Assembly (NCBI GenBank): GCA_965218425.1
Contig: OZ244621.1
Span: forward strand, 96,001-160,000
Source of the DNA: an uncultured Candidatus Binatia bacterium
GTDB taxonomy: Bacteria > Desulfobacterota > Binatia > UBA9968 > CAXXLF01
DNA: 64,000 nt
Direction of reading: 5' to 3'
Shown here piece by piece: positions 8,509 to 18,469 of this stretch. The first letter of the stretch is position 1, and each line of letters begins with the position of its first letter. Both the position numbers and the translations under genes were made by a program. The notes beneath the pieces are model-generated. The model saw only the letters and a list, made by a program, of their open reading frames with translations. It made no database searches and was not told the DNA's origin.

Positions 8509-10524
8509 CTATTGCTTCCTGCGTTTTACGCTTTTCTTGGCTTTTACGGCGAGTGAAACCGCCTTCTTCTCGCCAGTAGACTTCTTGGCCCCCGTTGCTT
8601 TGCCCTTAGCCTTTGCTGTCACTTTCTCGTTCCCATTCATCTCCCCGGACCCGCCGGATTGCCCCTCTTCTTCGGAGGCTTCCTGCGGTGGGCCCACTTC
8701 AACATGCCCATTATCACCCATTATGGGAACCTCTCCTTCGGTTCTCTCCGGTGTCACGATAATGGAGAATGGGAGGCCTTCTGGGCCGTCTCCGTTCTTT
8801 CCCAATAGTTCGTCGGTTTTTTCTCCACCCGTTCGCTTCATGGCAATTTTTTGAAGCTGTTGTTTGAGTTTCTCCGTGAGCAGTTTACCCCCCTTGAGGT
8901 GGTTGCAGGCTTCCACGACTTCCTCGATGTAGAGCTCAAAGATATTGCGCCGACGAAACTCGCTCTTTGCGTGCTCGCGACGTCTAAGAAAAGACCCTAG
9001 GCGCCGACCGCATTCCTGCAGGGCGAGTTTGATTTCCTTTCGTATTTCATCGTAGTCCGCGATTGCTTCTTTGGATTCACTGGTGAACGGAACCCAGACC
9101 GAAGCCATATGAACAAAAATCACCATTGGACCGGATGGCAAGGCGCCCCTGGACTGTGGAACTCCATAATTGCGCCAACTTGTCTCCAGGGCCGATTTGA
9201 AGGTGGAGCAGGCGGATTGCTGGTAGAGAAGCGGAACGCGGTTGGCGTAGCGGATGACACTGGCCAGTTCATTGCCGTTATTTCGACTCTCCCCTTCGGC
9301 AAGGGGAACCATTTTCTGATCCTGGTTCTTACCCACCTCATCAGGTCCTTTGCCATACGCTAGGCCCGCCTCAATGACGAATGGATTGCCGCGGTAGACG
9401 GCTGGAGGACGGGTTACCGCAGTGTAAAAATCCCCGGTAATTTGCTTGTACAGGCCGTAGAGAATAGCCTTTTCGCCGATGGGCGAGATGCAGTTACTGG
9501 GCGGGGCCATGATCTTAGTGGACTGAATGGCCTTGTAGAGCGCCTCGGTCTTTTCTCCGTTAACGTCTCGGGGCCTTGTGCGCGGCGAAATATTGGCCGC
9601 CTTGCAAATTTCCTCGGCGAGTTTTGAGGACACGCGGCTGAAATCGCCGCTTAGAAAGCCGGAGAGCCGGTGACTCTTAGTGTCCTGAAGCATCTTCAGC
9701 ATCATCCCGAACTCGATGCCGTAGGGATGCGGTTTGATTTCACGCGGTGGCGGAGGAAGCTCTTGAATGGTCCGCTGATATTCCTTGGTCTCACCTTCCG
9801 GGTTTATATACACGAGGTGTACATGTGGATTGGCAATGGAGGTCTCCTCTATATACTCGTCCACAGAGGCGCGCCCCTTCTGGTAGCGGCCTTCAATTTC
9901 CAGAGTGACCTGGGTCCCCGTGTGATTGTCCCATTGAACCTGCTTTTTCTCGATGATCAGAGGCTCATTTTTCTTAGTGTCGATTTGGACCTCGAAATAG
10001 TTGGCGGGAGTCTTGGCGCTGGTTCGGGAGATAATCTGTACGGGTTTCCCGGTTGTGAGCTGGCCATACATGCCGGCGGCGGAGATACCGATCCCCTGCT
10101 GTCCGCGGCTCATGCGAAGCCGGTGGAATTTTGACCCGTAGAGGAGCTTGGCAAAAATCCGCGGGATCTGTTGTCGCACAATACCAGGACCATGGTCAGT
10201 AACGGTTACCCGAAACCGGGTGGCCTGACTCGGAGCGGGCGCGGGCCCTCCGTTGACCGCCACCTCCAGCTTAACGGTTACGTCTGGGAGGATTCCGGCT
10301 TCCTCGCAGGCGTCAAGTGCATTGTCGACGGCCTCCTTTACGCATGTAAGCAGGGCTTTTCTCGGGTTATCGAATCCCAGCAGATGGCGGTTCTTGGTAA
10401 AGAATTCAGAAACAGAGATCTCCCGCTGACGAGCCCCCATTTCGACTGCGGTTACCGTCGGTCTCGGCTCAGCCCCGAAGCTGGATTCCTCGGGTTGGTC
10501 AGCTTTCTTGTTGCTTTTCCGCAT
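8509..10524 (-). CDS. top6B: DNA topoisomerase VI subunit B
   Basis: EISVSEFFTKNRHLLGFDN, KEAVDNALDA, DHGPG, SRGQQGIG GHKL motifs, RYANRVPL, VPFTSESKE. Confidence 0.95.
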   Translation of the reverse strand: MRKSNKKADQPEESSFGAEPRPTVTAVEMGARQREISVSEFFTKNRHLLGFDNPRKALLTCVKEAVDNALDACEEAGILPDVTVKLEVAVNGGPAPAPSQATRFRVTVTDHGPGIVRQQIPRIFAKLLYGSKFHRLRMSRGQQGIGISAAGMYGQLTTGKPVQIISRTSAKTPANYFEVQIDTKKNEPLIIEKKQVQWDNHTGTQVTLEIEGRYQKGRASVDEYIEETSIANPHVHLVYINPEGETKEYQRTIQELPPPPREIKPHPYGIEFGMMLKMLQDTKSHRLSGFLSGDFSRVSSKLAEEICKAANISPRTRPRDVNGEKTEALYKAIQSTKIMAPPSNCISPIGEKAILYGLYKQITGDFYTAVTRPPAVYRGNPFVIEAGLAYGKGPDEVGKNQDQKMVPLAEGESRNNGNELASVIRYANRVPLLYQQSACSTFKSALETSWRNYGVPQSRGALPSGPMVIFVHMASVWVPFTSESKEAIADYDEIRKEIKLALQECGRRLGSFLRRREHAKSEFRRRNIFELYIEEVVEACNHLKGGKLLTEKLKQQLQKIAMKRTGGEKTDELLGKNGDGPEGLPFSIIVTPERTEGEVPIMGDNGHVEVGPPQEASEEEGQSGGSGEMNGNEKVTAKAKGKATGAKKSTGEKKAVSLAVKAKKSVKRRKQ

Positions 10525-10704
10525 ATCCTATCTCAGTTCGCCGCCCAAGGGCGAATAAAGTAGTTTGTAGCTCTGCTAAACTGTTGAAAACACTGGTTAG
10601 TAAGCTGTGGTGTTGTGGCAGATTCGGGCAAAGCGCCCGAAGTATTTTAGAGACATTGTACCGTAATTCCAATGAGTTAGCAAGAAATAATTAAACCCTG
10701 GAAG

Positions 10705-10818
10705 GTTTACCCAAAACCAGATAATACCAGGGACGTGAGTCCTGGGATGAATGTTCCGAACTTTCCCGAAGGGAAGAGCTCCAAAGCCACGGACATAAGT
10801 GCGTGGCTCGGCGTTTAC
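10705..10818 (-). repeat. ~114-bp double-hairpin repeat element, copy 1 (MITE/REPIN-like)
   Basis: reverse complement aligns along its full length with 31870-31982; GTAAAC at both ends. Confidence 0.8.
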
Positions 10819-11113
10819 ACGCCTTGAACACGCGACTCTGGGTATTGGTGCATAGAAGATATACCCAGCGAGTGCACTGGGCTCCCCATTATAGGTCTCG
10901 GGATGCCTCCTAGAGCGGCAAACCGACGCAGCTTTCCACAACCCCGAAGCAGGTCATGGACGGAACCCTTTCCTGGAAATCCCTGGTGGAGTAATTTCAC
11001 AGTAAAGACGGGATATTTTAGCGTCGGAAAAGATTAAATCGAGAAAATCTGGACTTTTTCTCATCCCTGGGGTAAGGAAAAACTAAACTTACCTTTTGGG
11101 GAGGAGTCCTGTT

Positions 11114-12247
11114 ATGGCGAAGAACGGATTCAGAGTGTTCGATAGCGACATGCACATTATGGAGCCCCCCGACCTTTGGCATCGCTACATTGAGCCCGAG
11201 TTCAAGGAACACGCTCCCATCGGCCTCACCAGTGACGATGTGAGGGACTTGAGAATGGCTCACTCTGATGGGCGGCAATGGGGTCACAACCCATCCAGAG
11301 ATAAGATCCGATCGACCCGGGGACAAAATTTTCAACGGACTCAAATCATCTATCGTTATTACTCTGAACAGGGTTGGTCGTCCAAGGTACAACTTGAGGC
11401 CATGGATGTGGAAGGAATCGATGTGGGTGTCCTCTATCCCACCAGGGGGCTCACCGCGCTCGCCGAGCCCAACATGGAACCCCGCCTCGCCGCGGCCATC
11501 GCGCGCGCCTACAATAATTGGCTCTACGATTTCTGCAGTGAAGATCCGCAGCGTCTCTTCGGGGCGGCCATGATCTCACCCTACGACGTCGATGAGGCGG
11601 TGAAAGAAGCCCAGCGATGCAAGAAGGAACTGGGTTTCCGTGCCGCCTTCATTCGAGCCAACCTTTTTAACGGAAAGAACTGGTTTGATGAATCTTACGA
11701 TCCCCTATGGTCTACTTTGGAAGAATTAGACCTTCCCCTGGGTTTTCATGAAGCCACACGCAGTGGAGTGAACAACCCAGGAGAACGTTTCGAGCCCAAT
11801 TTTATGCTTCGTAGGGCATTCTCTCAGCCGTTGGAGCAGATGCTCGCCTTGGGAAGTTTCTGCGCCGGTGGGGTTTTGGCTCGCCACCCCAAACTGCGTG
11901 TGGCCTTCCTGGAAGGAAACTGCAGCTGGCTACCCTGGGTCCTGTGGAGGCTCGATGAGGCAGTGGAACTCGACGGTGATACCTGGACAAAGGGATTGAC
12001 CATGGCACCTAGTGAATACTTCAAAAGGCAGTGCATTGTCTCCGTGGAACCGGATGAACATATTGCCCGTTCCGTAATTGATCAACTGGGATGTGATCAT
12101 CTCGTATTCTCGACTGACTATCCCCATGGCGATTCGCGGTTTCCCCATGCCATCGACACCTTCCTCGAGTTACCTTGGAGTGATGAGGAAAAACGTAAAA
12201 TACTTTGGGATAATTGCGCTTCATACTATGGTTTCCATCTCGGTTAG
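11114..12247 (+). CDS. amidohydrolase family protein (amidohydro_2)
   Basis: DSDMHIMEP, LYPT, AYNNW, LGFHE, FSTDYPH, WDNC. Confidence 0.92.
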   Translation: MAKNGFRVFDSDMHIMEPPDLWHRYIEPEFKEHAPIGLTSDDVRDLRMAHSDGRQWGHNPSRDKIRSTRGQNFQRTQIIYRYYSEQGWSSKVQLEAMDVEGIDVGVLYPTRGLTALAEPNMEPRLAAAIARAYNNWLYDFCSEDPQRLFGAAMISPYDVDEAVKEAQRCKKELGFRAAFIRANLFNGKNWFDESYDPLWSTLEELDLPLGFHEATRSGVNNPGERFEPNFMLRRAFSQPLEQMLALGSFCAGGVLARHPKLRVAFLEGNCSWLPWVLWRLDEAVELDGDTWTKGLTMAPSEYFKRQCIVSVEPDEHIARSVIDQLGCDHLVFSTDYPHGDSRFPHAIDTFLELPWSDEEKRKILWDNCASYYGFHLG

Positions 12248-12301
12248 AGATGAGCAGGACACAGTGCGCATCCTATTTTATTAGAGGAGGACGGAAAAAA
12301 C

Positions 12302-12889
12302 ATGTCGCAAGGACGAGAGATTTTTGACAAGTTTGTTCAAGACCTGCGCGCCGCGTGGAGCGAACGGCAAGATGTTGAACTACGTATGAAACGGTCCGCG
12401 CAATTGCTTGAAAGCCTGGTGAGTAATCCGGCGCTCCGTGAGCGTTCAAAGACATGGCCCTCAACTGAGGGGCCCCCCACCAAAAACCTGCTTCTCTATG
12501 AGGACCCCGATTATGGTTTCGCCGTCAATGCGGTTGTGCGTACTCCCGGCCGTGTGGGGAGCGCTCATGATCACGGTGAGAGCTGGACGGCATACGGCCT
12601 CCTCGACGGCACAGAAAAATTAGAGCACTACCGGCGACTCGATGACGGTAAAAAGGAAGGCTACGCGGAGATCGAGCTCGACTACGTTGACGAAGGAACA
12701 GCCGGTAAGGTGGACCTGGTGCCACCCTTTGCGATTCATGCAGAGGTGGGTGGGCCAGGTAGATCCGTTGCAGTGATCATACGTTCCCTACCCATCGGTC
12801 GCAGGGGAAATTCATCGCGCTTTGACCGTGAAAAGCATACCTGCTCCCATGGCAACGGCCCGGTCCAGATCCCGCTTGAGGTCAACTGA
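12302..12889 (+). CDS. cysteine dioxygenase-like cupin
   Basis: LLYEDPDYGF, AHDH...W, PP.AIH motifs. Confidence 0.75.
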   Translation: MSQGREIFDKFVQDLRAAWSERQDVELRMKRSAQLLESLVSNPALRERSKTWPSTEGPPTKNLLLYEDPDYGFAVNAVVRTPGRVGSAHDHGESWTAYGLLDGTEKLEHYRRLDDGKKEGYAEIELDYVDEGTAGKVDLVPPFAIHAEVGGPGRSVAVIIRSLPIGRRGNSSRFDREKHTCSHGNGPVQIPLEVN

Positions 12890-12955
12890 TTGTTACCCCA
12901 GGCAAGATGGAGACCTTTGAAGTTCAATAAGGGTCGATCTTAGGAAGGAATCAAT

Positions 12956-14032
12956 ATGTTCGAAGGGCGTAAAACCTTTTACGAAGAATGGGTGGAGCAT
13001 GAAGGTTTGGAGATCATCCGCGGCTTTCATATCGATGATATGATGAAGTTGGGCCTCCGATGGTGGGACCGAATCGGGGCCGCAGCCGTACATATTGATC
13101 TAGAGGGTACAGGTGATCTGGCAGGCGCCTATGCTTGCGAGATAGAGGGGGGCAAGGAGCTCAAGCCCCAGCGCCATATCTATGAAGAGATGATCTACGT
13201 CCTGTCAGGCAGAGGGGCAACTTCGGTCTGGTATGAAGGCTGGCCCAAGCTTACCTTCGAATGGGAGCCCGGGAGCCTATTTGCCATTCCCTTGAATGCC
13301 TGGCACCAGCACTACAATGTGGAAGGGCACAATTCCCTTCGGTTTCTTTCTGTCACCACGGCGCCTATTGTCTTAAGCCTCTATCGCAACCCGGAATTTG
13401 TATTTAATAATAACGCCGTGTTCCCAGAACGTTATGACGGGAAGAGCGATTACTTCACTCGATCGGACGACTCGATCAATCAAGTGCTGGAGTCCAATCT
13501 TGTGGCGAATGTCAACCATTTGAAATTGCCTGCCGAAGAAGGAGCAAAAGTAAGTCGAGGGAAGGGTACCACCAATACCCTTATTGAAATGGCTAATGGA
13601 ATTTTGGGTGCGCACATTCTCGAGATATCTCCGGGGATCTACAGCAAGCTTCATCGTCACGGTCCCGGGGCTCACGTGATCTGGCTTGCGGGCGAAGGTT
13701 ATACCCTGACTTTTCCTGATGGCGGTGAAAAGAAAAAAGTCGATTGGAAGGCCGGTACCATGTTGGTCCCTCCCACCTGGTGGTGGCACATGCACTGCGT
13801 CACTTCCAAAGACCCTGGCAAACACCTTGCCCTAAAGCTGAACAGCTGGAGGCGACCGCTAACCCATATGCACGATGGGACCGTGACCAGCGTCAAAGAA
13901 GGCGGGAACCAATACGACATGGAGGATCTCGAGCCCGAGTTGGCGGATTACATCCACTCAACCTTTGTGCGCGAGTGTGAGAAACACGGCACCCCCGTGC
14001 GCATAAGCCACCCCCTCAACGGCGGAGCATAA
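12956..14032 (+). CDS. bicupin protein (gentisate dioxygenase-like fold)
   Basis: HIYEE..YVLSGRG, PLNAWHQH, HRHGPGAH, WWHMH. Confidence 0.88.
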   Translation: MFEGRKTFYEEWVEHEGLEIIRGFHIDDMMKLGLRWWDRIGAAAVHIDLEGTGDLAGAYACEIEGGKELKPQRHIYEEMIYVLSGRGATSVWYEGWPKLTFEWEPGSLFAIPLNAWHQHYNVEGHNSLRFLSVTTAPIVLSLYRNPEFVFNNNAVFPERYDGKSDYFTRSDDSINQVLESNLVANVNHLKLPAEEGAKVSRGKGTTNTLIEMANGILGAHILEISPGIYSKLHRHGPGAHVIWLAGEGYTLTFPDGGEKKKVDWKAGTMLVPPTWWWHMHCVTSKDPGKHLALKLNSWRRPLTHMHDGTVTSVKEGGNQYDMEDLEPELADYIHSTFVRECEKHGTPVRISHPLNGGA

Positions 14033-14198
14033 CCAATCAAGGAAAGACCCGGGTTTACTTGTTGCTTTTCACCTCGTGTTTCGCCATCCCGGACTTTCTT
14101 TCCCTGTTATTCCACCATCAGTCGTGCAATGCTTGGTTGATCGGCATATACCTTCTGAGCCCATTAGAATTGGCAAACCTTAATCTACGGGGTGTTAC

Positions 14199-15623
14199 TT
14201 GGCACAACTGACCCCCCGCGGCGATCGGCTTCTCCTGGCCAATGCATTGTTGGGCGCGTTTTTATCCGGGGCGGCCATCCGCATATTTGACGTGGCCATG
14301 CCCACGGTGGCTGCCGATCTGAACACTGACCTGGTGGGAGTAGTGTGGGCGGTCCTGGGTTTCTCACTCGCAGCCAGCGGGCTTTCACTGGTATTCGGTA
14401 GAATCGGTGACCTTTACGGTCACCACAAGATCTATGGTCTGGGATATTTGGTCTTCCTGGCCGGTTCCCTCCTCTGCGGTCTGGCGCGAAATATTGCCCA
14501 GCTCGTTCTTTTTCGCGTACTGCAGGGTCTTGGTGTCGCCATGAATCAAGCAGTAGGACGGGCCTTGGCGTTTGAAGCCGCTGCTCCAGGGCATGGAGGG
14601 AGAGCGCAGGGATACATGACCACGGCGTTCCACATGGGTTTTTTGCTCGGACCCAGCCTGGGTGGGCTCACCATTGATTATGTGGGCTGGCGCTGGACTT
14701 TTATTGGTTTCGTTCCCCTCGGTGCTATAGGCGCAATTCTGACTTTCGTACATTTCAGACACGCAGATCCGCGACCGGCGAGCCCCACGAAACCCAAGGT
14801 GGACTATCTGGGGGCGACCCTCCTTTTCGTCAGTGCCATGGCATTGGTGCTATTTATAGACCAGCGCATTGTGAGCTGGGAGCGAACAGGTTTGAAGACT
14901 CTTTTGCTTCCTGTTCTTGCGGTATCTTCCCTTGGTTTTATACTTTGGGAACGCCGCATCCAGAGTCCCATCGTTAACTTTGCGTTGTTCCGGGACAGGA
15001 TGTTTTCATTCAGTGCCGTGAGCCTACTTATCGTGGCGACGGTCTATGTCCTTAGTAGTCTAATCTTGCCCTTCTATCTTCAGGACATCCTAAAGTTTAG
15101 GCCTAGCTTTATCGGTTTGCTGTTCATGGTTCCCCCGATCTTTACGATCACTCTTGCGCCATTAAGCGGCTCCCTTTCCGATCGCTATGGTCCTCGGCCG
15201 GCGGCAACGATTGGCGTAGCTGCTTTGCTTGCGTCCGTGCTATTGGGAGGCCTATTGAGGGTGGATTCCCATTGGTTTTTACCAACGTTGATCCTAACTT
15301 TGGGAGGGTTCGCAAACGGATTTTTCAATCCAGCCAACAGCGTTGGGATAATGCATTATACCCCTAAACAGCACATGGGATTTGCCTCAGGGATCATCAG
15401 TCTAATGTTCGGGACGGGCGCGGTAATTGGAGTTGCCCTGGCGAGCCTGCTCATGGTGACAGGCTTCCGCATCTCCACGGGTATTCCCGCCGCCCAACCT
15501 ACCCCAACTATGCCGGGAGCGTTTGTGTCTGCGGTGAACTTTGCTTTTTGGGTAGCGTCGGCTGCGTGTGCCTTGGGGCTCCTCACCTCCATCTTGCGTG
15601 GAGATGGGAAGAGAACAAGCTAA
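14199..15623 (+). CDS. MFS transporter (DHA2/EmrB-like)
   Basis: GRIGDLYG, FRVLQGLG, GPSLGG...GWRW, GSLSDRYGPR; many TM segments. Confidence 0.92.
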   Translation: MAQLTPRGDRLLLANALLGAFLSGAAIRIFDVAMPTVAADLNTDLVGVVWAVLGFSLAASGLSLVFGRIGDLYGHHKIYGLGYLVFLAGSLLCGLARNIAQLVLFRVLQGLGVAMNQAVGRALAFEAAAPGHGGRAQGYMTTAFHMGFLLGPSLGGLTIDYVGWRWTFIGFVPLGAIGAILTFVHFRHADPRPASPTKPKVDYLGATLLFVSAMALVLFIDQRIVSWERTGLKTLLLPVLAVSSLGFILWERRIQSPIVNFALFRDRMFSFSAVSLLIVATVYVLSSLILPFYLQDILKFRPSFIGLLFMVPPIFTITLAPLSGSLSDRYGPRPAATIGVAALLASVLLGGLLRVDSHWFLPTLILTLGGFANGFFNPANSVGIMHYTPKQHMGFASGIISLMFGTGAVIGVALASLLMVTGFRISTGIPAAQPTPTMPGAFVSAVNFAFWVASAACALGLLTSILRGDGKRTS

Positions 15624-15715
15624 CTGATTCAGATATCGGCACGAAGCGTCACCTCAACGGTTATGCATGAGATAATCTAATATCCGCCTCCCTTGATTAC
15701 TCAAGTACAATCCAG

Positions 15716-15748
15716 AAAAAAGGCGGCGGCACCATCTGGACCGCCGCC
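15716..15748 (-). terminator. intrinsic terminator
   Basis: minus strand GGCGGCGG-11nt-CCGCCGCC followed by T6, downstream of the SBP gene. Confidence 0.7.
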
Positions 15749-15813
15749 CATTAGAGGTAAAAGGAGCCCAACACCCCTTTTTCTCTCGGCTGTTTTGCCA
15801 GTTAACTGGTTTT

Positions 15814-16926
15814 TTATCTGCGCCTGCGACCGGTTTTTCCCGCAAAGGCCTCGTTCAGAAGTTTACGCAATTGGGGCTTACCATCCATGGCCGCTTGGTC
15901 ATAGGTCTTGATGGCCCCCGGCTGCGGGACTCGCCATGACTCATAATAATCATTGGGTACATCTAACCGGCGGCTGACATAACCAATGGCCTTGCCGAGA
16001 CGGTACTGGCCGTCTTTGCTCAGCAGCCAGTTAATGTAAACCCTTGCGGCATTGGGGTGAGGCGCGCGGTTGAACATGGCCAATGCACCGGCCCCCGGAC
16101 TTATATCGGAACCTTCCTTGAGCTCGTTTGGCTTTAGAATCTTTATGGGGAGACCCCGCCTAAGGGCATCGGATAAAATGGTGGACCGGGGTGCTAAAAG
16201 GATAGGATATTTTCCCCGTGCGACTGAGTCCATGGCAAGTGCCGGGTCCCCGATTATGACGGGTTCATGATCGGCCAACGCCCTTATAAAACCTTCCCCC
16301 AAATTCGGATGGAGCATGAAAAACATAAAAGTCGCTTGGGCCGACCCTGGTCGCCGGGGATCTGCGAAGACGATTTTCCCCTTCCACTTGGGCTTGAGGA
16401 GGTCTTTGTACGACTTGAACTCCCCAGGTTTCACAAGGTTGGGATTGACACTAAGAATTGCACGTTGGGTGGGAAGCATTACCAGCATCTCACGCCTCGG
16501 ATCGACGAATTCGAGATGTCCATCGCGCCAGGTCTTACCGTCTTTAACATCGGGTAAGATTAAGGCCGGCTCCAGGGAATCAAAGGCCCTCATGGGGATC
16601 ATGGCCGTGAGCCCTGTGGTGGTGCCCCCAATGAATACATCCCAAAGATACCTCCCGGCGCGACGCTCCAACCCCGAACGAGTTGATTGTTGACCGCCTC
16701 TACCACCGAAGTAATCCACTGTAATGCCATACCTCTTCATAAAAGGTTGGGTCAGAGCGTCCCGAGTATCTGTCCCTAGGGGGCCCATGACACCCACCTT
16801 CCCCTCCTTCTTGGCAGCAGCCAGGACCTTTTCCCATTCATCTTGGGATGCGGTTCCAATTTGGGCAGAAAATATAAGCCCCCAAATAACTAACATTGAG
16901 ATTGCTATCAAAATATTGCGCCTCAT
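15814..16926 (-). CDS. ABC transporter substrate-binding protein (Fe3+/AfuA-like class)
   Basis: signal peptide, AAKKEGKV, DLL.PKWKGK, APHPNAARVYINWLLS. Confidence 0.88.
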   Translation of the reverse strand: MRRNILIAISMLVIWGLIFSAQIGTASQDEWEKVLAAAKKEGKVGVMGPLGTDTRDALTQPFMKRYGITVDYFGGRGGQQSTRSGLERRAGRYLWDVFIGGTTTGLTAMIPMRAFDSLEPALILPDVKDGKTWRDGHLEFVDPRREMLVMLPTQRAILSVNPNLVKPGEFKSYKDLLKPKWKGKIVFADPRRPGSAQATFMFFMLHPNLGEGFIRALADHEPVIIGDPALAMDSVARGKYPILLAPRSTILSDALRRGLPIKILKPNELKEGSDISPGAGALAMFNRAPHPNAARVYINWLLSKDGQYRLGKAIGYVSRRLDVPNDYYESWRVPQPGAIKTYDQAAMDGKPQLRKLLNEAFAGKTGRRRR

Positions 16927-17021
16927 AAGCTGTTCCTCCGTCCCGGAACAATAAGATACAATCGGCCTTTGTGTCAAACTCATCAATCTGTTAACCAGTA
17001 TAGGCAATTGGAGGGTAATCA

Positions 17022-18029
17022 ATGGCGAAGGAATTTCTGCTTGGCTGCCAGTGGAGGGGGATTCAACATACCCGTGAAGTGCCGGTGGAGACGCAATTCC
17101 AGATGATCCGAGATTCAGGGGTCTTTGACTACCTAGACCGGCTTCCCCCGACAGATGTCTTGGATGAATACATCCGCTGCTCCCAAAAGTACGATATTCC
17201 CCTGCATACCGGAACTTGGTATTACCAGCTCGGACGGGATGAACCTCTCCTCACCGAATACCTGCACAACGCCGCACGGGCGGGCCTTAAGATGCACAAC
17301 ATAATGATCTTCACTCATCATGCCGACGGACATGCAGTCACGGATGAGGAGATTGTGGAGTGCTATTGCCGCACCTGGGAGCTAGGGGACCGTCTAGGCG
17401 TCCAACCCACCTTCGAGCTGCATGTAAATATGTGGTCAGAGGATTTCAGGCGGGTAGCTCCGGTTGGGGAAAAGGTCCGTGCCAGGGGGCTCCCTTTTAA
17501 CTTCACACTTGACTACAGCCATTGCGTTTTCAAGATGGACAATCCCGAGGAGTTACAGCGTTCTGGAATCAAGGCTGATGTGGATGTCGGCCGCGTGGTA
17601 CTGGATCCCTTTGAACCGGGAAATTTGTGTGACCGTTGGCTTGAGATGAACATGGTCGTGTACGCGCAGTTTCGTCCAGTGGCCCCAAACAACCCTAAGA
17701 ATGTTTGGGCCATGGATCAGAGTGGTAACCCGGGACGAGGAATTCAGTATCCATTTGTGAAGCCAGAGCCAGGCCAATGGCATTCCCCCTGGCATGCTTG
17801 GAAATTGGAGGCATCGAAGGAGGCCGTGCGCAAGGTGCTGCGCTATCATATCACCCATCCCGAGAGCCCACTGCAGTTTATCAATACGGAAATGATCGAC
17901 ACGCTGGATTACGGGAAAAATGCAAAGTATTCGCTTTTCGAACACAATGTCGCATGTGCGCAATGGATTCGTTCTACATGGCAGCAGCTTAAGGCAATGC
18001 ACAATGCCGGGATTCCGCTACAGGTTTGA
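17022..18029 (+). CDS. xylose isomerase-like TIM barrel protein
   Basis: FELHVNMWSE, DYSH motifs; GGAGG RBS. Confidence 0.7.
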   Translation: MAKEFLLGCQWRGIQHTREVPVETQFQMIRDSGVFDYLDRLPPTDVLDEYIRCSQKYDIPLHTGTWYYQLGRDEPLLTEYLHNAARAGLKMHNIMIFTHHADGHAVTDEEIVECYCRTWELGDRLGVQPTFELHVNMWSEDFRRVAPVGEKVRARGLPFNFTLDYSHCVFKMDNPEELQRSGIKADVDVGRVVLDPFEPGNLCDRWLEMNMVVYAQFRPVAPNNPKNVWAMDQSGNPGRGIQYPFVKPEPGQWHSPWHAWKLEASKEAVRKVLRYHITHPESPLQFINTEMIDTLDYGKNAKYSLFEHNVACAQWIRSTWQQLKAMHNAGIPLQV

Positions 18030-18059
18030 GAACGGTTCTGTAAGTTGAATTCATCCTGG

Positions 18060-18468
18060 GGATTCAGTCACCTCGCGGCTTTGATCACTTCCGTCACGGG
18101 AGTTGGGTTATTTTTTGTGCCGGTACCCGACGGCATGCCGGCTGAAGTCATGCCTTGAGCTGGAGTCATTGTGGTAGTGATTGGACTGTGGGCAACGGGA
18201 TCTGCCCCGGAGTATTTCACGTTGGCTTTGCGGTACAGACACTGGGCTTGGTTTAAAGATTGCAGTTGCTACGGGATGGCCCTTGGTCACGAGCTGGACT
18301 ATGACCCTCTTCCCCTATGAGCCGCCGCCACTGATGGTGGCTGTGCAGCCGGGTGGTCTTCGGAACGGTCAGGTTATGAGGTTGATGCTCGCTATGGTAC
18401 TACTGGCATCGCTGGTCATTGTGCCGTTACAGTATTGCTGGCGGCGATTTATGGGTTATTTTGAGTAG
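18060..18468 (+). pseudogene. SLC13/DASS permease remnant with large internal deletion
   Basis: N-terminal piece PDGMPAEVMP*AG...GLWATGSAPEYFT joined to C-terminal piece ATGWPL...LFPYEPPPLMVA...PLQYCW. Confidence 0.6.
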
Positions 18469-18469
18469 T

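Noticed and set aside
10820..10990. Possible 6S RNA or c-di-GMP riboswitch (GGCAAACC, hairpins)
   Set aside because: Only isolated words match; required stems are not found by eye. An Rfam scan would settle it.
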